From assembly GCA_965238175.1 (NCBI GenBank), contig CBDEGZ010000003.1, positions 2,304,001-2,368,000 on the forward strand: a stretch of DNA of 64,000 nt. The letters run 5' to 3'. Positions 11,397-22,781 of the stretch are shown here, one piece after another (position 1 is the first letter of the stretch; the number at the start of each line of letters is the position of its first letter). Both the position numbers and the translations under genes were made by a program. The stretch comes from Gammaproteobacteria bacterium. GTDB lineage: Bacteria; Pseudomonadota; Gammaproteobacteria; CAJXQU01. Under the pieces are notes generated by a model, which saw nothing but the letters and a program-made list of their open reading frames with translations, had not been told where the DNA came from and searched no databases.

Positions 11397-11650
11397 TTAA
11401 CGGTCACTATGACCAAGTGATTTATCCGGTATAATTTGATCATGGCTCACTTACATAATTTCTTATGATGCTGGAAAGCGATCTTGTTCATTCACGTGCC
11501 AATAAAACTTCTCCATCCAAGCCTGATTTAAGAACAAGCTCTCCTGTCTCCCTTGCCAAATGTGATTGAAACCTCTTACGTTAACCAACTGGATCACAAA
11601 ATAAAATGACACTTTGAGCAATACTCTATCTCCACAAGTGATTTGAACAT
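11397..11650 (-). pseudogene. SelT/SelW/SelH (Rdx) family protein pseudogene
   Basis: Reads MFKSLVEIEYCSKCHFIL*SSWLT*EVSITF...DQIIPDKSLGHSDR*; CxxC and LGHSD terminus typical; several stops and frameshifts. Confidence 0.75.
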
Positions 11651-11722
11651 TACCTTTTTATCTTCATTAATAGATCTAATATAACGTGTAAATTTATAGG
11701 TAAACAATTTGATCAGTTTTCA

Positions 11723-11747
11723 AATCCCGACTAATATAGTCAGGATT
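11723..11747. promoter_or_regulatory. IscR/Rrf2 type-1-like palindromic operator
   Basis: AATCCCGACTAATATAGTCAGGATT matches the core of ATASYYGACTRwwwYAGTCRRSTAT, about 40 bp upstream of grxD. Confidence 0.65.
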
Positions 11748-11785
11748 AATCTGGGTTATCAGATCAAAACTAGACAGGATTTAAA

Positions 11786-12100
11786 ATGGATATTATAGAA
11801 AAAATCAAAGAAACCGTAGAAAGCACACCTATTGTATTATTTATGAAAGGCAATCCTCAGTTTCCACAATGTGGGTTTTCTGCAAAGACAGTCGAAGCAC
11901 TAAAAAGCTGTGAAGTAGAATTTTCATACGTAGATGTTTTAGAAGAACCTTCCGTTCGACAAAATCTACCAAAATATTCTGAGTGGCCTACATTCCCGCA
12001 ATTATTTGTTGGAGGAGAATTGGTCGGTGGTTGTGATATTGTGCTCGAATTGCATGAACAAGGTGAATTACAACAAATCACTAAGAATGCAATCTCTTAA
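11786..12100 (+). CDS. grxD: monothiol glutaredoxin Grx4
   Basis: LFMKG, CGFS, WPTFPQL, GGCD. Confidence 0.95.
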   Translation: MDIIEKIKETVESTPIVLFMKGNPQFPQCGFSAKTVEALKSCEVEFSYVDVLEEPSVRQNLPKYSEWPTFPQLFVGGELVGGCDIVLELHEQGELQQITKNAIS

Positions 12101-12186
12101 CAAAGATAATAGCTGATAGAGCTATCTGACCAAAAAACTTACGCTAACACAAGAAAGGTATGTAATTCAGTCTGGCAAAACTGTCA

Positions 12187-13542
12187 TCAGGCAGCCAGGG
12201 CTGAAATTGCACCTTTGACTGCCTCTGCTAATTCATTAGCCAGTTGTTTAACTTGTTTACCATCTTGACCTTCAACCATCACTCTTACCAGAGGTTCAGT
12301 CCCTGAAGGTCGAAGCAATACTCTACCCGTGTCACCCAGTTGAGCTTCAGTTTCCTGTACAGCAGCCTTAACCTCATCAATAGTCATAACATCAACCTGT
12401 TTACTCAAGCGGACATTAACTAGGGTTTGGGGATATTTGTTCATTCCTGATTTGAGGTTATTTAGTGTTTGGCCAGATCGTACCATTGCATCAAGAACTT
12501 GTAATGCTGAAACAACACCATCACCTGTTGTTGTCATATCCAGGCATATTAAATGTCCCGATGACTCACCACCTAACGTCCAATCGTTAACACGTAACAT
12601 TTCCATAATGTGCCGATCACCAACATTTGCTCGTTTAAAGTCTAAACCTAATGTTCGAATAGCATGCTCAAGACCGAGATTACTCATTAAAGTACCTACT
12701 ACAGCCCCATTCATACCTCGAGTTCGTTGCCGTTCACGAGCAATGATAAACAAGAGTTCATCACCATCTAAAACTTCTCCATGGTGATCAACCATTATTA
12801 ATCGATCGCCATCGCCATCAAGTGCAATTCCAAGATCAGCACCCTGTGCAAGTACAGCAGCTTGTAACGCATCTGGGCATGTAGCTCCGCAGTCGTCGTT
12901 AATATTCAAACCATTTGGAGAAACACCGATAGTAACAATATCAGCTCCTAGTTCTGCAAATACATCAGGGGCTATTTTATAGGTAGCACCATTTGCACAG
13001 TCGACAACTATTTTAAGGCCATTAAGATTAGCCCCTATGCCAAACGTACTTTTGCAAAATTCAATATAACGTCCTTCTGGATCTCTTACTCTATGCGCTT
13101 TACCAAGCTCTTTTGAAGGTGCAACTTTCATTGGTCGTTCAATCATAGACTCAATAGCTAACTCAATATCGTCGGCCAATTTCCGACCATCTCCCGAAAA
13201 AAATTTAATACCATTATCTTGATACGGATTATGAGAGGCGCTAATAACAATGCCAGCTTGAGCACGGAAAGTTCTAGTGAGGTAAGCTACACCAGGCGTT
13301 GGCATAGGTCCAAGGAGCATACTATCCACACCAGCGGCAGATAAACCAGCTTCTAATGCTGATTCGAACATATAACCGGAAATACGCGTATCTTTTCCAA
13401 TCAAGACACGACTATTACCCTGTTCAGCAAGTACTTGTCCGGCAGCCCAGCCAAGTTTCATTACAAAATCCGGACTTATCGGTGACGTACCCACTTCGCC
13501 ACGTATGCCATCAGTTCCGAAATATTTCCTGTTATTTGTCAT
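12187..13542 (-). CDS. glmM: phosphoglucosamine mutase
   Basis: [38 protein letters not shown]. Confidence 0.96.
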   Translation of the reverse strand: MTNNRKYFGTDGIRGEVGTSPISPDFVMKLGWAAGQVLAEQGNSRVLIGKDTRISGYMFESALEAGLSAAGVDSMLLGPMPTPGVAYLTRTFRAQAGIVISASHNPYQDNGIKFFSGDGRKLADDIELAIESMIERPMKVAPSKELGKAHRVRDPEGRYIEFCKSTFGIGANLNGLKIVVDCANGATYKIAPDVFAELGADIVTIGVSPNGLNINDDCGATCPDALQAAVLAQGADLGIALDGDGDRLIMVDHHGEVLDGDELLFIIARERQRTRGMNGAVVGTLMSNLGLEHAIRTLGLDFKRANVGDRHIMEMLRVNDWTLGGESSGHLICLDMTTTGDGVVSALQVLDAMVRSGQTLNNLKSGMNKYPQTLVNVRLSKQVDVMTIDEVKAAVQETEAQLGDTGRVLLRPSGTEPLVRVMVEGQDGKQVKQLANELAEAVKGAISALAA

Positions 13543-13714
13543 TAATGTTGTCTCCTGACCTATTCTTGCTAATGGTCATTCTATATATAACGACCATTCC
13601 AACAAAAAAATTACACCCTAATCAAATCAATCTAATTAGAAGAGAGCTTCTCAATCATGGATACTACATAAGTATTGGGCCCAAGAAAGTAAATTTCAGA
13701 AACATCAGAAAATC

Positions 13715-15655
13715 TTAATGAGAACTCGCAGGATCACCTATTTGATCGTCACCAGAGTTCTCATCTTTTTTATCAACTTTTAGTCCGGAGCCATCAGCCG
13801 TATCAATATCATCATCGTCGGACCAGTCAGATGGTGGCTTTGGGATCTTACCTTCCATAATTTGATCAATTTGTTTAGAGTCAATGGTTTCATACTTCAA
13901 CAAAGTTTCAGCCATTAAATGCAGCTTATCGATATTCTCCTCCAACAACTTTTCGGCTCGTTGATAATTTCTATCTATAAACCCTCGTATCTCTTCATCG
14001 ATAGCTCGAGAAGTTCCATCAGAAACCTGCTTATGTTGTGTTACCGAACGACCAAGGAAAACCTCACCTTCATCTTCAGAATAAGTTAGCGGACCTAAAC
14101 GCTCAGAAAGACCCCATTTTGTGACCATGTTTCTAGCAATTTCAGTTGCCCTTTCAATATCATTAGATGCTCCTGTCGTCACATGATCAACACCAAAGAT
14201 CATTTCCTCAGCAATACGGCCACCGTACATACTGGAGATCTGACTCTCAAGACGTTCTTTACTATAACTAACACGATCTTCTTCAGGTAAAAACATTGTC
14301 ACACCAAGTGCACGTCCTCGCGGAATGATACTGACCTTATAAACCGGATCATGCGAGGGTACCAACCTACCGACTATGGCATGACCTGCTTCATGGTATG
14401 CAGTCAATTTCTTTTCTGCTTCACCCATGACCATAGATTTACGTTCTGCACCCATCATGATTTTATCTTTAGCTTTTTCAAACTCTTCCATATTGACGAA
14501 CTTTTTATCTGCCCTAGCTGCAAACAAAGCAGCTTCATTGACCAAGTTTGCCAGGTCAGCACCAGAAAAACCGGGTGTTCCTCTTGCTAACACACCTGGT
14601 TTAACGTTTTCTCCAATAGGTACTTTCCTCATATGAACGCGCAGAATTTGATCACGACCACGAATATCAGGAAGCGGCACAACCACTTGTCGATCAAAAC
14701 GTCCTGGTCTGAGAAGTGCGGAGTCAAGTACGTCTGGTCGGTTTGTCGCTGCGATAACAATAACGCCCTCATTACCTTCAAAACCATCCATTTCAACTAA
14801 TAATTGGTTGAGTGTTTGCTCACGTTCATCATGCCCCCCTCCGAGTCCTGCACCACGTTGACGCCCTACAGCATCAATCTCGTCAATAAAGATAATGCAT
14901 GGCGAATGCTTTTTAGCCTGCTCAAACATATCTCTTACACGCGAAGCACCAACACCGACAAACATTTCAACAAAATCAGATCCCGAGATTGTGAAAAAGG
15001 GTACTTTTGCTTCACCTGCAATAGCTTTGGCTAAAAGCGTTTTACCTGTTCCCGGCGAACCTACCATGAGGACGCCACGTGGGATCTTTCCGCCTAGCTT
15101 TTGAAATTTACCGGGATCTCGTAAGAACTCAACTAACTCAGAAACTTCTTCTTTAGCCTCTTCAATGCCAGCTACATCGCTAAAAGTAACGCGTATTTGA
15201 TCTTCACCCAATAATTTTGCTCGGCTTTTACCAAATGACATCGCACCTCGTCCACCGCCACCGCCTTGCATCTGACGCATAAAAAATATCCAGACACCAA
15301 TTAATAGCAAGATAGGAAACCATGAAATCAAGATCTGTAATAAAATGCTCTCTTTTTCAGGCGGTGTAGATTGAATTTTCACATTGTTTTTCAACAAATC
15401 CCCAATCAAAGCATCGTTATCCGTTTCAGGGTTATATGTTCTGAAATATGAACCATCAGCTTTCTTGCCAATAATTGTGCTTTCACGCTTATCGATTAAA
15501 ACTTCGGCGATCTGCCCACTTTTCACATCCGAAATGAATTCGGAATACCCAAGGTCCTGACTTGTCTTTTGTGATGTTTCAAAGTTATTAAAAACCATCA
15601 TCAAAACTAAAGCGATGACGATCCAGAGGATCAGATTTCTTGCCATATCATTCAT
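13715..15655 (-). CDS. ftsH: ATP-dependent zinc metalloprotease FtsH
   Basis: Two TMs, [22 protein letters not shown]. Confidence 0.97.
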   Translation of the reverse strand: MNDMARNLILWIVIALVLMMVFNNFETSQKTSQDLGYSEFISDVKSGQIAEVLIDKRESTIIGKKADGSYFRTYNPETDNDALIGDLLKNNVKIQSTPPEKESILLQILISWFPILLLIGVWIFFMRQMQGGGGGRGAMSFGKSRAKLLGEDQIRVTFSDVAGIEEAKEEVSELVEFLRDPGKFQKLGGKIPRGVLMVGSPGTGKTLLAKAIAGEAKVPFFTISGSDFVEMFVGVGASRVRDMFEQAKKHSPCIIFIDEIDAVGRQRGAGLGGGHDEREQTLNQLLVEMDGFEGNEGVIVIAATNRPDVLDSALLRPGRFDRQVVVPLPDIRGRDQILRVHMRKVPIGENVKPGVLARGTPGFSGADLANLVNEAALFAARADKKFVNMEEFEKAKDKIMMGAERKSMVMGEAEKKLTAYHEAGHAIVGRLVPSHDPVYKVSIIPRGRALGVTMFLPEEDRVSYSKERLESQISSMYGGRIAEEMIFGVDHVTTGASNDIERATEIARNMVTKWGLSERLGPLTYSEDEGEVFLGRSVTQHKQVSDGTSRAIDEEIRGFIDRNYQRAEKLLEENIDKLHLMAETLLKYETIDSKQIDQIMEGKIPKPPSDWSDDDDIDTADGSGLKVDKKDENSGDDQIGDPASSH

Positions 15656-15725
15656 TAAATAAAATACCCCGTATGGACAGCCATTTGTAACAGATATCCA
15701 ACATAGAAAGAACTACCTATATCAA

Positions 15726-16349
15726 CTATACATTAAATGACCTTCCAATCACATAAAGCTCACTGGAACGATCTCGCGAAGATTTTGGTTTCTTTATAAC
15801 CACATTTTTAAATTGGCTACGCACATTTTTGGTAAATTCATCAAACCCTTCGCCCTGAAATGCTTTAGTAATAAAATCACCTTGCGGTTTTAAAATCTGA
15901 TTTGCACAATCCAACGCCAATTCTATAAGCGCCATACCTCTAGGTTGATCAATAGATTTCATACCACTCATATTGGGTGCCATATCTGAAATAACAAGGT
16001 CTACCTTGTTGTTGTCTATACTATTTAAGAGTTGATCAAGCACAGATTGTTCCAAAAAATCACCTTGAATAATAGTTGTGTTTTTAAGTGGGGTCATTTC
16101 GAGAAGATCTAAGGCGTAGACGTGACCAGTTTCGCCAACTAAATTTGAAGCTATCTGAGTCCATCCACCTGGCGCAGCACCGAGATCGACAATGTTCATT
16201 CCTGACTTAATGAGTCGGGTTTTATCCTGAATTTCCAGCAGTTTATAAGCAGCTCGTGATCGATAGCCGTCTTTTCTCGACGCTAGAACGTATTGATCTG
16301 ATTCATGCTCTTTAAGCCACCTTTGACTACTTCCGCCTTTCTTACTCGT
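15726..16349 (-). CDS. rlmE: 23S rRNA Um2552 methyltransferase; N-terminus extends past the track ORF to an apparent ACG start overlapping the greA stop
   Basis: In-frame upstream [14 protein letters not shown]...[10 protein letters not shown]; [24 protein letters not shown]; 207 aa from ACG at 16349. Confidence 0.9.
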   Translation of the reverse strand, partial: TSKKGGSSQRWLKEHESDQYVLASRKDGYRSRAAYKLLEIQDKTRLIKSGMNIVDLGAAPGGWTQIASNLVGETGHVYALDLLEMTPLKNTTIIQGDFLEQSVLDQLLNSIDNNKVDLVISDMAPNMSGMKSIDQPRGMALIELALDCANQILKPQGDFITKAFQGEGFDEFTKNVRSQFKNVVIKKPKSSRDRSSELYVIGRSFNV

Positions 16350-16818
16350 AGCTAATCTCCAGAATTTCGTATTCTATTTGTCCACCAGGTGCATTCACTT
16401 CAATGACATCTTCTTCTTCTTTACCGATCATTGCTCTGGCAATGGGTGATTGGACAGAGATCCGGCCGGCTTTTATATCTGCCTCGTCTTCACCCACTAT
16501 CTGATAAACAATTTCAGATTCATCTTCTAAATGTAAAAGCTTAACTGACGCGCCAAAGACAATTTTCCCATCTGCATTAACTTCTTTAGGATCAATAATC
16601 ACCGCATTCGACATTTTGCCCTCAATATCTGCGATCCGCCCTTCGGTAAAGCTCTGCTGTTCACGTGCGGCATGATATTCAGCATTTTCTTTAAGATCAC
16701 CATGTTCACGAGCAGTTGCTATATCCTTAATAATCTTGGGTCTTGCAACTTTCTTTAACTCGTTAAGCTCTTCCTTGAGTTTTTCCGCACCCCTTAATGT
16801 CATTGGTGATTTATTCAT
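16342..16818 (-). CDS. greA: transcription elongation factor GreA
   Basis: [18 protein letters not shown]; [10 protein letters not shown]. Confidence 0.96.
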   Translation of the reverse strand: MNKSPMTLRGAEKLKEELNELKKVARPKIIKDIATAREHGDLKENAEYHAAREQQSFTEGRIADIEGKMSNAVIIDPKEVNADGKIVFGASVKLLHLEDESEIVYQIVGEDEADIKAGRISVQSPIARAMIGKEEEDVIEVNAPGGQIEYEILEISYE

Positions 16819-19800
16819 TTAACCTACACTCCCATGCAAATTCTGCAGACAGTTAACCCGTAAAACATCTTCTTCTTTCATTGCCTGTACCATCGCATAA
16901 GCACCCGCTATTGTGGTTGTATAGGGAACCTTATGCACGAGCGCCGATCCGCGAATGGTATAAGAATCCGAAATAGCCTGTTTTTTCTCACTGGTTGTAT
17001 TAACGATAAAATTGATCTCATCATTTTTGATCAAATCGACAATGTGCGGCTGACCTTCTAAAACTTTATTGATCACTTTACAACCTATCCTGGCATCAGA
17101 CAAACTTTGTTGAGTACCGCTAGTTGCCATCAGATCGAAACCTAAATCTTCAAGTTGACGGGCCACTTCAATCGCCCTTGCTCGATCGCTTTTACGTACA
17201 CTAATAAAGGCACTGCCTCTGGTTGGAAGTTCAACACCTGCAGCTTGTTGCGATTTAGCAAAAGCCTCTCCAAATGTTTCACCAACGCCCATAACCTCAC
17301 CGGTGGATTTCATTTCAGGACTTAATAAAGGGTCAACTCCAGGGAATTTCACGAAAGGAAAAACCGCTTCTTTGACCGAATAATAAGATGGCACTTTCTC
17401 TTCAGTCATACCTTGTTGTTTAAGAGTTTTACCCACCATACAGGCAGCTGCTATATTTGCTAGTGGCAAACTGGTAGCTTTAGACACAAATGGAGCGGTT
17501 CGCGATGCACGCGGATTGACTTCAAGAACATAGATGTCTTCACCTTGAATAGCAAACTGTACATTCATCAGACCAACCACTTTCAAAGCAAGTGCCATCG
17601 CGCGAGTTTGTTTTTTGATCTCCTCTTGAATTTCAGCACTCAAATGGTGCGGTGGCAAAGAACACGCAGAATCTCCAGAATGAACCCCCGCTTCTTCAAT
17701 ATGCTCCATTATGCCGCCGATCAAAACGTCTTCACCATCACAAATAGCATCAACATCAACCTCTACGGCTTGATTCAAAAATCGATCTAACAAAACAGGC
17801 GCATCATTTGAGACAGCTACTGCGCCAGCCATATATTTACGTAGATCAACTTCGTTGTAGACTATCTCCATACCTCGCCCACCCAATACGTAAGATGGTC
17901 TAACAACTAATGGATATCCTACTTCTTCAGCGCCTATCACCGCATCGTCGATATTACTTGCGGTTCTATTATCTGGTTGTTTCAGGTTCAGTTCTTGAAG
18001 CATTTTCTGGAAACGTTCACGATCTTCAGCCAAATCGATTGAATCGGGTGATGTTCCAATAATAGGAGCACCGGCTTCTTCTAACGCATTTGCAAGTTTT
18101 AAGGGGGTTTGCCCACCATACTGAACAATAATGCCTTTCGGTTGTTCAAGATGAATAATTTCTAATACATCTTCAAGTGTTAATGGTTCAAAAAAGAGTC
18201 GATCAGAGGTGTCATAGTCGGTTGAAACGGTTTCCGGATTACAATTGACCATGATGGTCTCATAACCAAGATCTCGCATGGTAAATGCCGCTTGTACACA
18301 GCAGTAATCAAATTCGATACCTTGTCCGATCCGATTTGGCCCACCACCCAGCACCATGATCTTTTCCTTATCAGTTGGTGCAGCTTCACATTCTTCTTCA
18401 TAGGTGGAATACATATAAGCTGTGCTTGAGGCAAACTCAGCAGCACAGGTATCAACACGTTTATAGACGGGTCTAATTTCAAGTTGATGCCTCAAATTAC
18501 GTACTTTAGATTCACCCACTCCTGTAAGCGCGGCGAGACGCGAATCGGCAAAACCCTTCCTTTTAAGGTTTCTAAGTCGTTCTTCATTGAACCCGGAGAA
18601 ACCATCGCTCTTAATTAGTGATTCTTCTTTGATCAGATCTTCAATCTGAATCAAAAACCAGGGATCAATCTTACAATGATCAAAAACCTCTTCCAACGTC
18701 ATTCCATAGCGAAAGGCATCACCAACATACCAAAGTCGATTAGATCTTGGAACACGCATTTCTTTGATCAGTTCGGCCTCTAAGTCCTCACTTTCAGAAT
18801 TAGCAACTTCGACCAAGCCATCCATACCTACTTCCAGCCCACGAATAGCTTTCTGTAGTGACTCCTGAAGAGTTCGTCCAATAGCCATGACTTCACCTAC
18901 AGATTTCATCTGTGTGGTCAGGCGGTCATCGGCTTGAGGAAATTTCTCGAAGGTGAAACGAGGTATCTTGGTAACGACATAATCGATCGATGGTTCAAAT
19001 GAAGCCGGTGTCACACCACCCGTTATTTCGTTTTCAAGTTCGTCCAATGTGTAACCAACGGCAAGTTTCGCTGCCACTTTTGCAATTGGGAAACCTGTCG
19101 CTTTTGATGCAAGTGCAGAAGATCTAGAAACGCGAGGATTCATTTCGATAATGATCATCGCACCGTTTTCAGGATTAATCGCAAACTGAACATTTGATCC
19201 GCCCGTTTCAACACCAATTTCACGCAAAACCGCTAATGAGGCATTCCGCATGATCTGATATTCCTTGTCAGTCAAGGTTTGGGCTGGAGCGACAGTAATT
19301 GAATCACCGGTATGAACGCCCATTGGATCAAGATTTTCAATGGCGCAGATAATGATGCAATTATCGTTTCGATCACGAACCACCTCCATTTCATACTCTT
19401 TCCAGCCCAATACAGACTCTTCAAGTAAAATCTCAGTTGTACGCGATGCATCAAGACCACGTTTGCAGATCGCATCAAACTCTTCTCGATTAAACGCAAT
19501 ACCACCGCCCGTTCCACCCATCGTGAAAGAAGGTCGTATTATTATCGGAAAACCGATTTCCGATTGCGCGTGATAAGCCTCTTCCATATTATGTGCAGCA
19601 AATGCTCTAGGCGTATTCAAACCAATTTTGGTCATGGCAGCACGAAATTTTTCTCTATCTTCGGCCTTATCTATTGCTTCACGAGTCGCGCCGATCAATT
19701 CCACACCAAATTTTTCAAGCACCCCTTCACTTTCGAGATCTAGTGCACAATTTAATGCCGTTTGCCCACCCATGGTCGGCAATAATGCATCAGGACGTTC

Positions 19801-20040
19801 CTTTTCGATAATATTTGCCACATTCTGCCAATAGACCGGCTCAATATAAGTCGCATCGGCCATGTCCGGATCCGTCATGATCGTAGCTGGATTAGAATTA
19901 ACCAGAATGACTCTATAACCCTCTTCTTTCAATGCTTTACATGCTTGAGTTCCAGAATAATCGAACTCGCATGCTTGCCCTATAACAATAGGACCTGCCC
20001 CAACGATGAGGATACTTTTTATATCAGTACGTTTCGCCAT
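16819..20040 (-). CDS. carB: carbamoyl-phosphate synthase large subunit
   Basis: [32 protein letters not shown]; 1073 aa. Confidence 0.98.
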   Translation of the reverse strand: MAKRTDIKSILIVGAGPIVIGQACEFDYSGTQACKALKEEGYRVILVNSNPATIMTDPDMADATYIEPVYWQNVANIIEKERPDALLPTMGGQTALNCALDLESEGVLEKFGVELIGATREAIDKAEDREKFRAAMTKIGLNTPRAFAAHNMEEAYHAQSEIGFPIIIRPSFTMGGTGGGIAFNREEFDAICKRGLDASRTTEILLEESVLGWKEYEMEVVRDRNDNCIIICAIENLDPMGVHTGDSITVAPAQTLTDKEYQIMRNASLAVLREIGVETGGSNVQFAINPENGAMIIIEMNPRVSRSSALASKATGFPIAKVAAKLAVGYTLDELENEITGGVTPASFEPSIDYVVTKIPRFTFEKFPQADDRLTTQMKSVGEVMAIGRTLQESLQKAIRGLEVGMDGLVEVANSESEDLEAELIKEMRVPRSNRLWYVGDAFRYGMTLEEVFDHCKIDPWFLIQIEDLIKEESLIKSDGFSGFNEERLRNLKRKGFADSRLAALTGVGESKVRNLRHQLEIRPVYKRVDTCAAEFASSTAYMYSTYEEECEAAPTDKEKIMVLGGGPNRIGQGIEFDYCCVQAAFTMRDLGYETIMVNCNPETVSTDYDTSDRLFFEPLTLEDVLEIIHLEQPKGIIVQYGGQTPLKLANALEEAGAPIIGTSPDSIDLAEDRERFQKMLQELNLKQPDNRTASNIDDAVIGAEEVGYPLVVRPSYVLGGRGMEIVYNEVDLRKYMAGAVAVSNDAPVLLDRFLNQAVEVDVDAICDGEDVLIGGIMEHIEEAGVHSGDSACSLPPHHLSAEIQEEIKKQTRAMALALKVVGLMNVQFAIQGEDIYVLEVNPRASRTAPFVSKATSLPLANIAAACMVGKTLKQQGMTEEKVPSYYSVKEAVFPFVKFPGVDPLLSPEMKSTGEVMGVGETFGEAFAKSQQAAGVELPTRGSAFISVRKSDRARAIEVARQLEDLGFDLMATSGTQQSLSDARIGCKVINKVLEGQPHIVDLIKNDEINFIVNTTSEKKQAISDSYTIRGSALVHKVPYTTTIAGAYAMVQAMKEEDVLRVNCLQNLHGSVG

Positions 20041-20049
20041 CTTTGTGGG

Positions 20050-21204
20050 TTAGCTCCTTACCTGTGACATAAGATTAATAAAATGATCAAACAGTGATTG
20101 AATATCATGTGGGCCGGGACTTGCTTCGGGATGCCCCTGAAAACCGAATGCTGGATATTCAGTATGATGTACACCTTGTAAGGAACCATCGAATAATGAT
20201 CGATGTGTCGGTTTAAGATTTGCAGGCAAACTTTGTTCATCCACCGCAAAACCATGATTCTGACTAGTAATCATCACATTTTTAGCTTTTAGATCCTGTA
20301 CAGGATGATTTGCACCATGATGACCAAATTTCATTTTGATCGTTTTTGCACCACAGGCCAGTGATAACAATTGATGGCCTAGACAAATACCAAACGTTGG
20401 CATGCCAGAAGATATGATCTTACTAATAGCTTGAATCGCATAATCACATGGTTCTGGATCACCGGGACCATTTGAAAGGAAGACGCCATCAGGATCCATT
20501 GCCAGTACCTCTTCCGCAGGTGTTTTAGCCGGTACGATTGTCAATTCACAACCACGATCAATTAATAAGCGAAGAATATTACGTTTCACGCCAAAATCGT
20601 AAGCGACGACTTTCCATTTCGGCTTTTCTGTTGATAGTGGATGATCGTCCGATTCAAGTACCCAAGTACTTGCAGACCATTTATAAGATGTTTCAGTAGT
20701 CACGTCTTGAGCTAGATCTAATCCCTTGAGGCCAGGAAACTCTTTCGCTTTTGCCAAAGCATGGACATGCGCAGCAGACGTACTCGCATTTTCTTCCCCA
20801 GCGATGACACAACCTCTTTGGGCCCCTTTCTCACGTAAAATTCTAGTCAATCGGCGAGTATCAATCCCCGCTATGGAAACTACATTATTCTTCTTAAGAT
20901 ATTCACCTAAAGACATTGAAGCACGCCAGTTACTATGCAGCATAGAAAGATCGCGAATAACCAGAGCACTTGCATGTACCTGCGCTGATTCTTCATCCCC
21001 TTCATTGGTTCCTGTATTACCAATATGAGGATAAGTAAGAGTAACTATCTGTTGACAATAAGATGGATCAGTCAAAATCTCCTGGTATCCCGTCATTGCT
21101 GTATTGAAAACAACTTCACCAACAACACAACCAGGCGCGCCAATAGAAATACCACTAAATTCACTACCATCTTCGAGTACTAACAAGGCGGGTTGTTGGG
21201 TCAA
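20050..21204 (-). CDS. carA: carbamoyl-phosphate synthase small subunit (probable TTG start at 21204)
   Basis: [45 protein letters not shown]; GGAG RBS before TTG. Confidence 0.96.
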   Translation of the reverse strand: MTQQPALLVLEDGSEFSGISIGAPGCVVGEVVFNTAMTGYQEILTDPSYCQQIVTLTYPHIGNTGTNEGDEESAQVHASALVIRDLSMLHSNWRASMSLGEYLKKNNVVSIAGIDTRRLTRILREKGAQRGCVIAGEENASTSAAHVHALAKAKEFPGLKGLDLAQDVTTETSYKWSASTWVLESDDHPLSTEKPKWKVVAYDFGVKRNILRLLIDRGCELTIVPAKTPAEEVLAMDPDGVFLSNGPGDPEPCDYAIQAISKIISSGMPTFGICLGHQLLSLACGAKTIKMKFGHHGANHPVQDLKAKNVMITSQNHGFAVDEQSLPANLKPTHRSLFDGSLQGVHHTEYPAFGFQGHPEASPGPHDIQSLFDHFINLMSQVRS

Positions 21205-21248
21205 GTTTAACTCCAAAGTTCTATTGAAATTCCATGCTTCAGATGTAG

Positions 21249-21285
21249 AAAAACGGGAGTTGCCCACAAGACCCGTCCCGTTTTT
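21249..21285 (-). promoter_or_regulatory. terminator-like hairpin in the carA leader (candidate attenuator)
   Basis: Minus strand AAAAACGGGA...TCCCGTTTTT, about 45 nt upstream of the carA start. Confidence 0.55.
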
Positions 21286-21364
21286 AAAATTTCTCGAATT
21301 CTACTTCAAAGGACTATTTCTGTCCACGACAATTCCAGATTAAGTATATAAAGATTATCGGTAA

Positions 21365-21650
21365 ACCCATGGTGCATTTAGACGATGACAATTTTCAGAT
21401 GGTTGAACCATTGAAAAATAGTTAACACCATAATTTTCGCCAGTACTCTCGTCGAAAAGCCTTGAAACGATTTGCCATAATTACGTCCGTTCATAAATGG
21501 GTCACACAGCTGAGAGAAAAGTGTCTCAATACCTTTTCTTGCCTTTTTGAACATGAAGTTGAATGGTTTGAAATCCGTTTGATTTTTACGTTTAGGTGTT
21601 GCTACGCTAATAATACATTTGAAAAATCTGGATGTGGGTATAACTTATCA
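21365..21650 (-). mobile_element. IS982-family transposase 3' remnant with terminal IR
   Basis: Minus strand reads TPKRKNQTDFKPF...RKGIETLFSQLCDPFMNGRNYGKSFQGFSTRVLAKI; end begins ACCC(ATGGTGCATTTA), typical of IS982 termini. Confidence 0.75.
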
Positions 21651-21671
21651 TGCCCCTTCTAAAAATTGGAT

Positions 21672-22625
21672 TTATACGGCAGCAACCAGAACTTGTTTAG
21701 AATGGCTTCTCACACAATTTCGACCCTTACTCTTTGCTACATATAACGCATCATCGGCACTCTTAAGCAATGATTTTATTCCAGCTTCAGCATCAAGTTG
21801 TGAAGGTTCTATAGTGGCAATACCTGCACTGATTGTTAATACGCCTGATACTGATGACTCAGAATGCGCTATACGTGCTCCTTCTACTGCTACTCTACCT
21901 CTTTCGATCATCTTTGCAGCACCATCATGATCTGTATCTGGAAGAATGATCGCAAATTCTTCACCACCAAAACGACTGACCAGATCTCCAGGCCGTCGTA
22001 TTGCATTAAATAAACCATTTGCTACTTCACATAGCGCATCATCGCCAGCTTGATGACCATAAGTGTCGTTATATTGCTTAAAGAAATCCACATCGCATAT
22101 GCATAACGAGAGAGTATTCCCTTTTTTAGCAGAACGCTTCCATTCTGATTCTAAGTACTTATTAAACTTTCGACGATTGGCCAAGCCCGTTAATACATCA
22201 TAATCAGCCATACGTTTTAGCTGCTTATTCGCTATATCAAGTTGTTGCTGCATTTTGTAAATTCGCCGCATTGCATGTAGTTTAGCATTCAGGACAACCT
22301 GACTGACGGGCTTGCATATATAGTCATCCCCACCAACTTCCAGGCCTTTTACAACGGTAACATCTTCACTCAGCGCACTGATAAAAATAATCGGGATCCA
22401 GTTATTACTACTTTTGGTTCGTTCTCTAATTAGTTTAGCTGCAGCAATTCCATCCAGTTCTGGCATAATCACATCGAGCAATACAAGATCAGGGTGATGT
22501 TTATCAAAAGCTTCAACCGCTTCCTTACCATTCGTGGCAGTAATGACATCAAAACCTGCTTCTAGAATACAAGCCTCCAGATATGCTAGATTTGATTTTG
22601 TATCTTCTGCTACCAGAATCTTCAT
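21672..22625 (-). CDS. response regulator-diguanylate cyclase (REC-GGDEF)
   Basis: REC (VAEDT, LLDVIMP, DDYICKP); RPGD I-site and GGEEF. Confidence 0.93.
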   Translation of the reverse strand: MKILVAEDTKSNLAYLEACILEAGFDVITATNGKEAVEAFDKHHPDLVLLDVIMPELDGIAAAKLIRERTKSSNNWIPIIFISALSEDVTVVKGLEVGGDDYICKPVSQVVLNAKLHAMRRIYKMQQQLDIANKQLKRMADYDVLTGLANRRKFNKYLESEWKRSAKKGNTLSLCICDVDFFKQYNDTYGHQAGDDALCEVANGLFNAIRRPGDLVSRFGGEEFAIILPDTDHDGAAKMIERGRVAVEGARIAHSESSVSGVLTISAGIATIEPSQLDAEAGIKSLLKSADDALYVAKSKGRNCVRSHSKQVLVAAV

Positions 22626-22686
22626 TTTGTGCCTTATTATTTTAACTTCAAGATTTATGCTAGCGACCTATTCCGTGTTTTCTTGA

Positions 22687-22726
22687 ATTAAGGAGCATAA
22701 AAATCATATTTTTTATGCTCCTTAAT
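22687..22726. terminator. long perfect inverted repeat, likely terminator of the TonB receptor gene
   Basis: ATTAAGGAGCATAAAAA / TTTTTATGCTCCTTAAT, 17-bp arms. Confidence 0.6.
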
Positions 22727-22781
22727 CAAGATTGAACCAGTTAGAAGACTCGTATTTTATTTCCTCATGCATGCTCGAAAA

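Noticed and set aside
11590-11600. Selenocysteine readthrough of TGA in the SelW-like gene
   Set aside because: The TGA is not at the CxxC position, and a TAA and frameshifts follow
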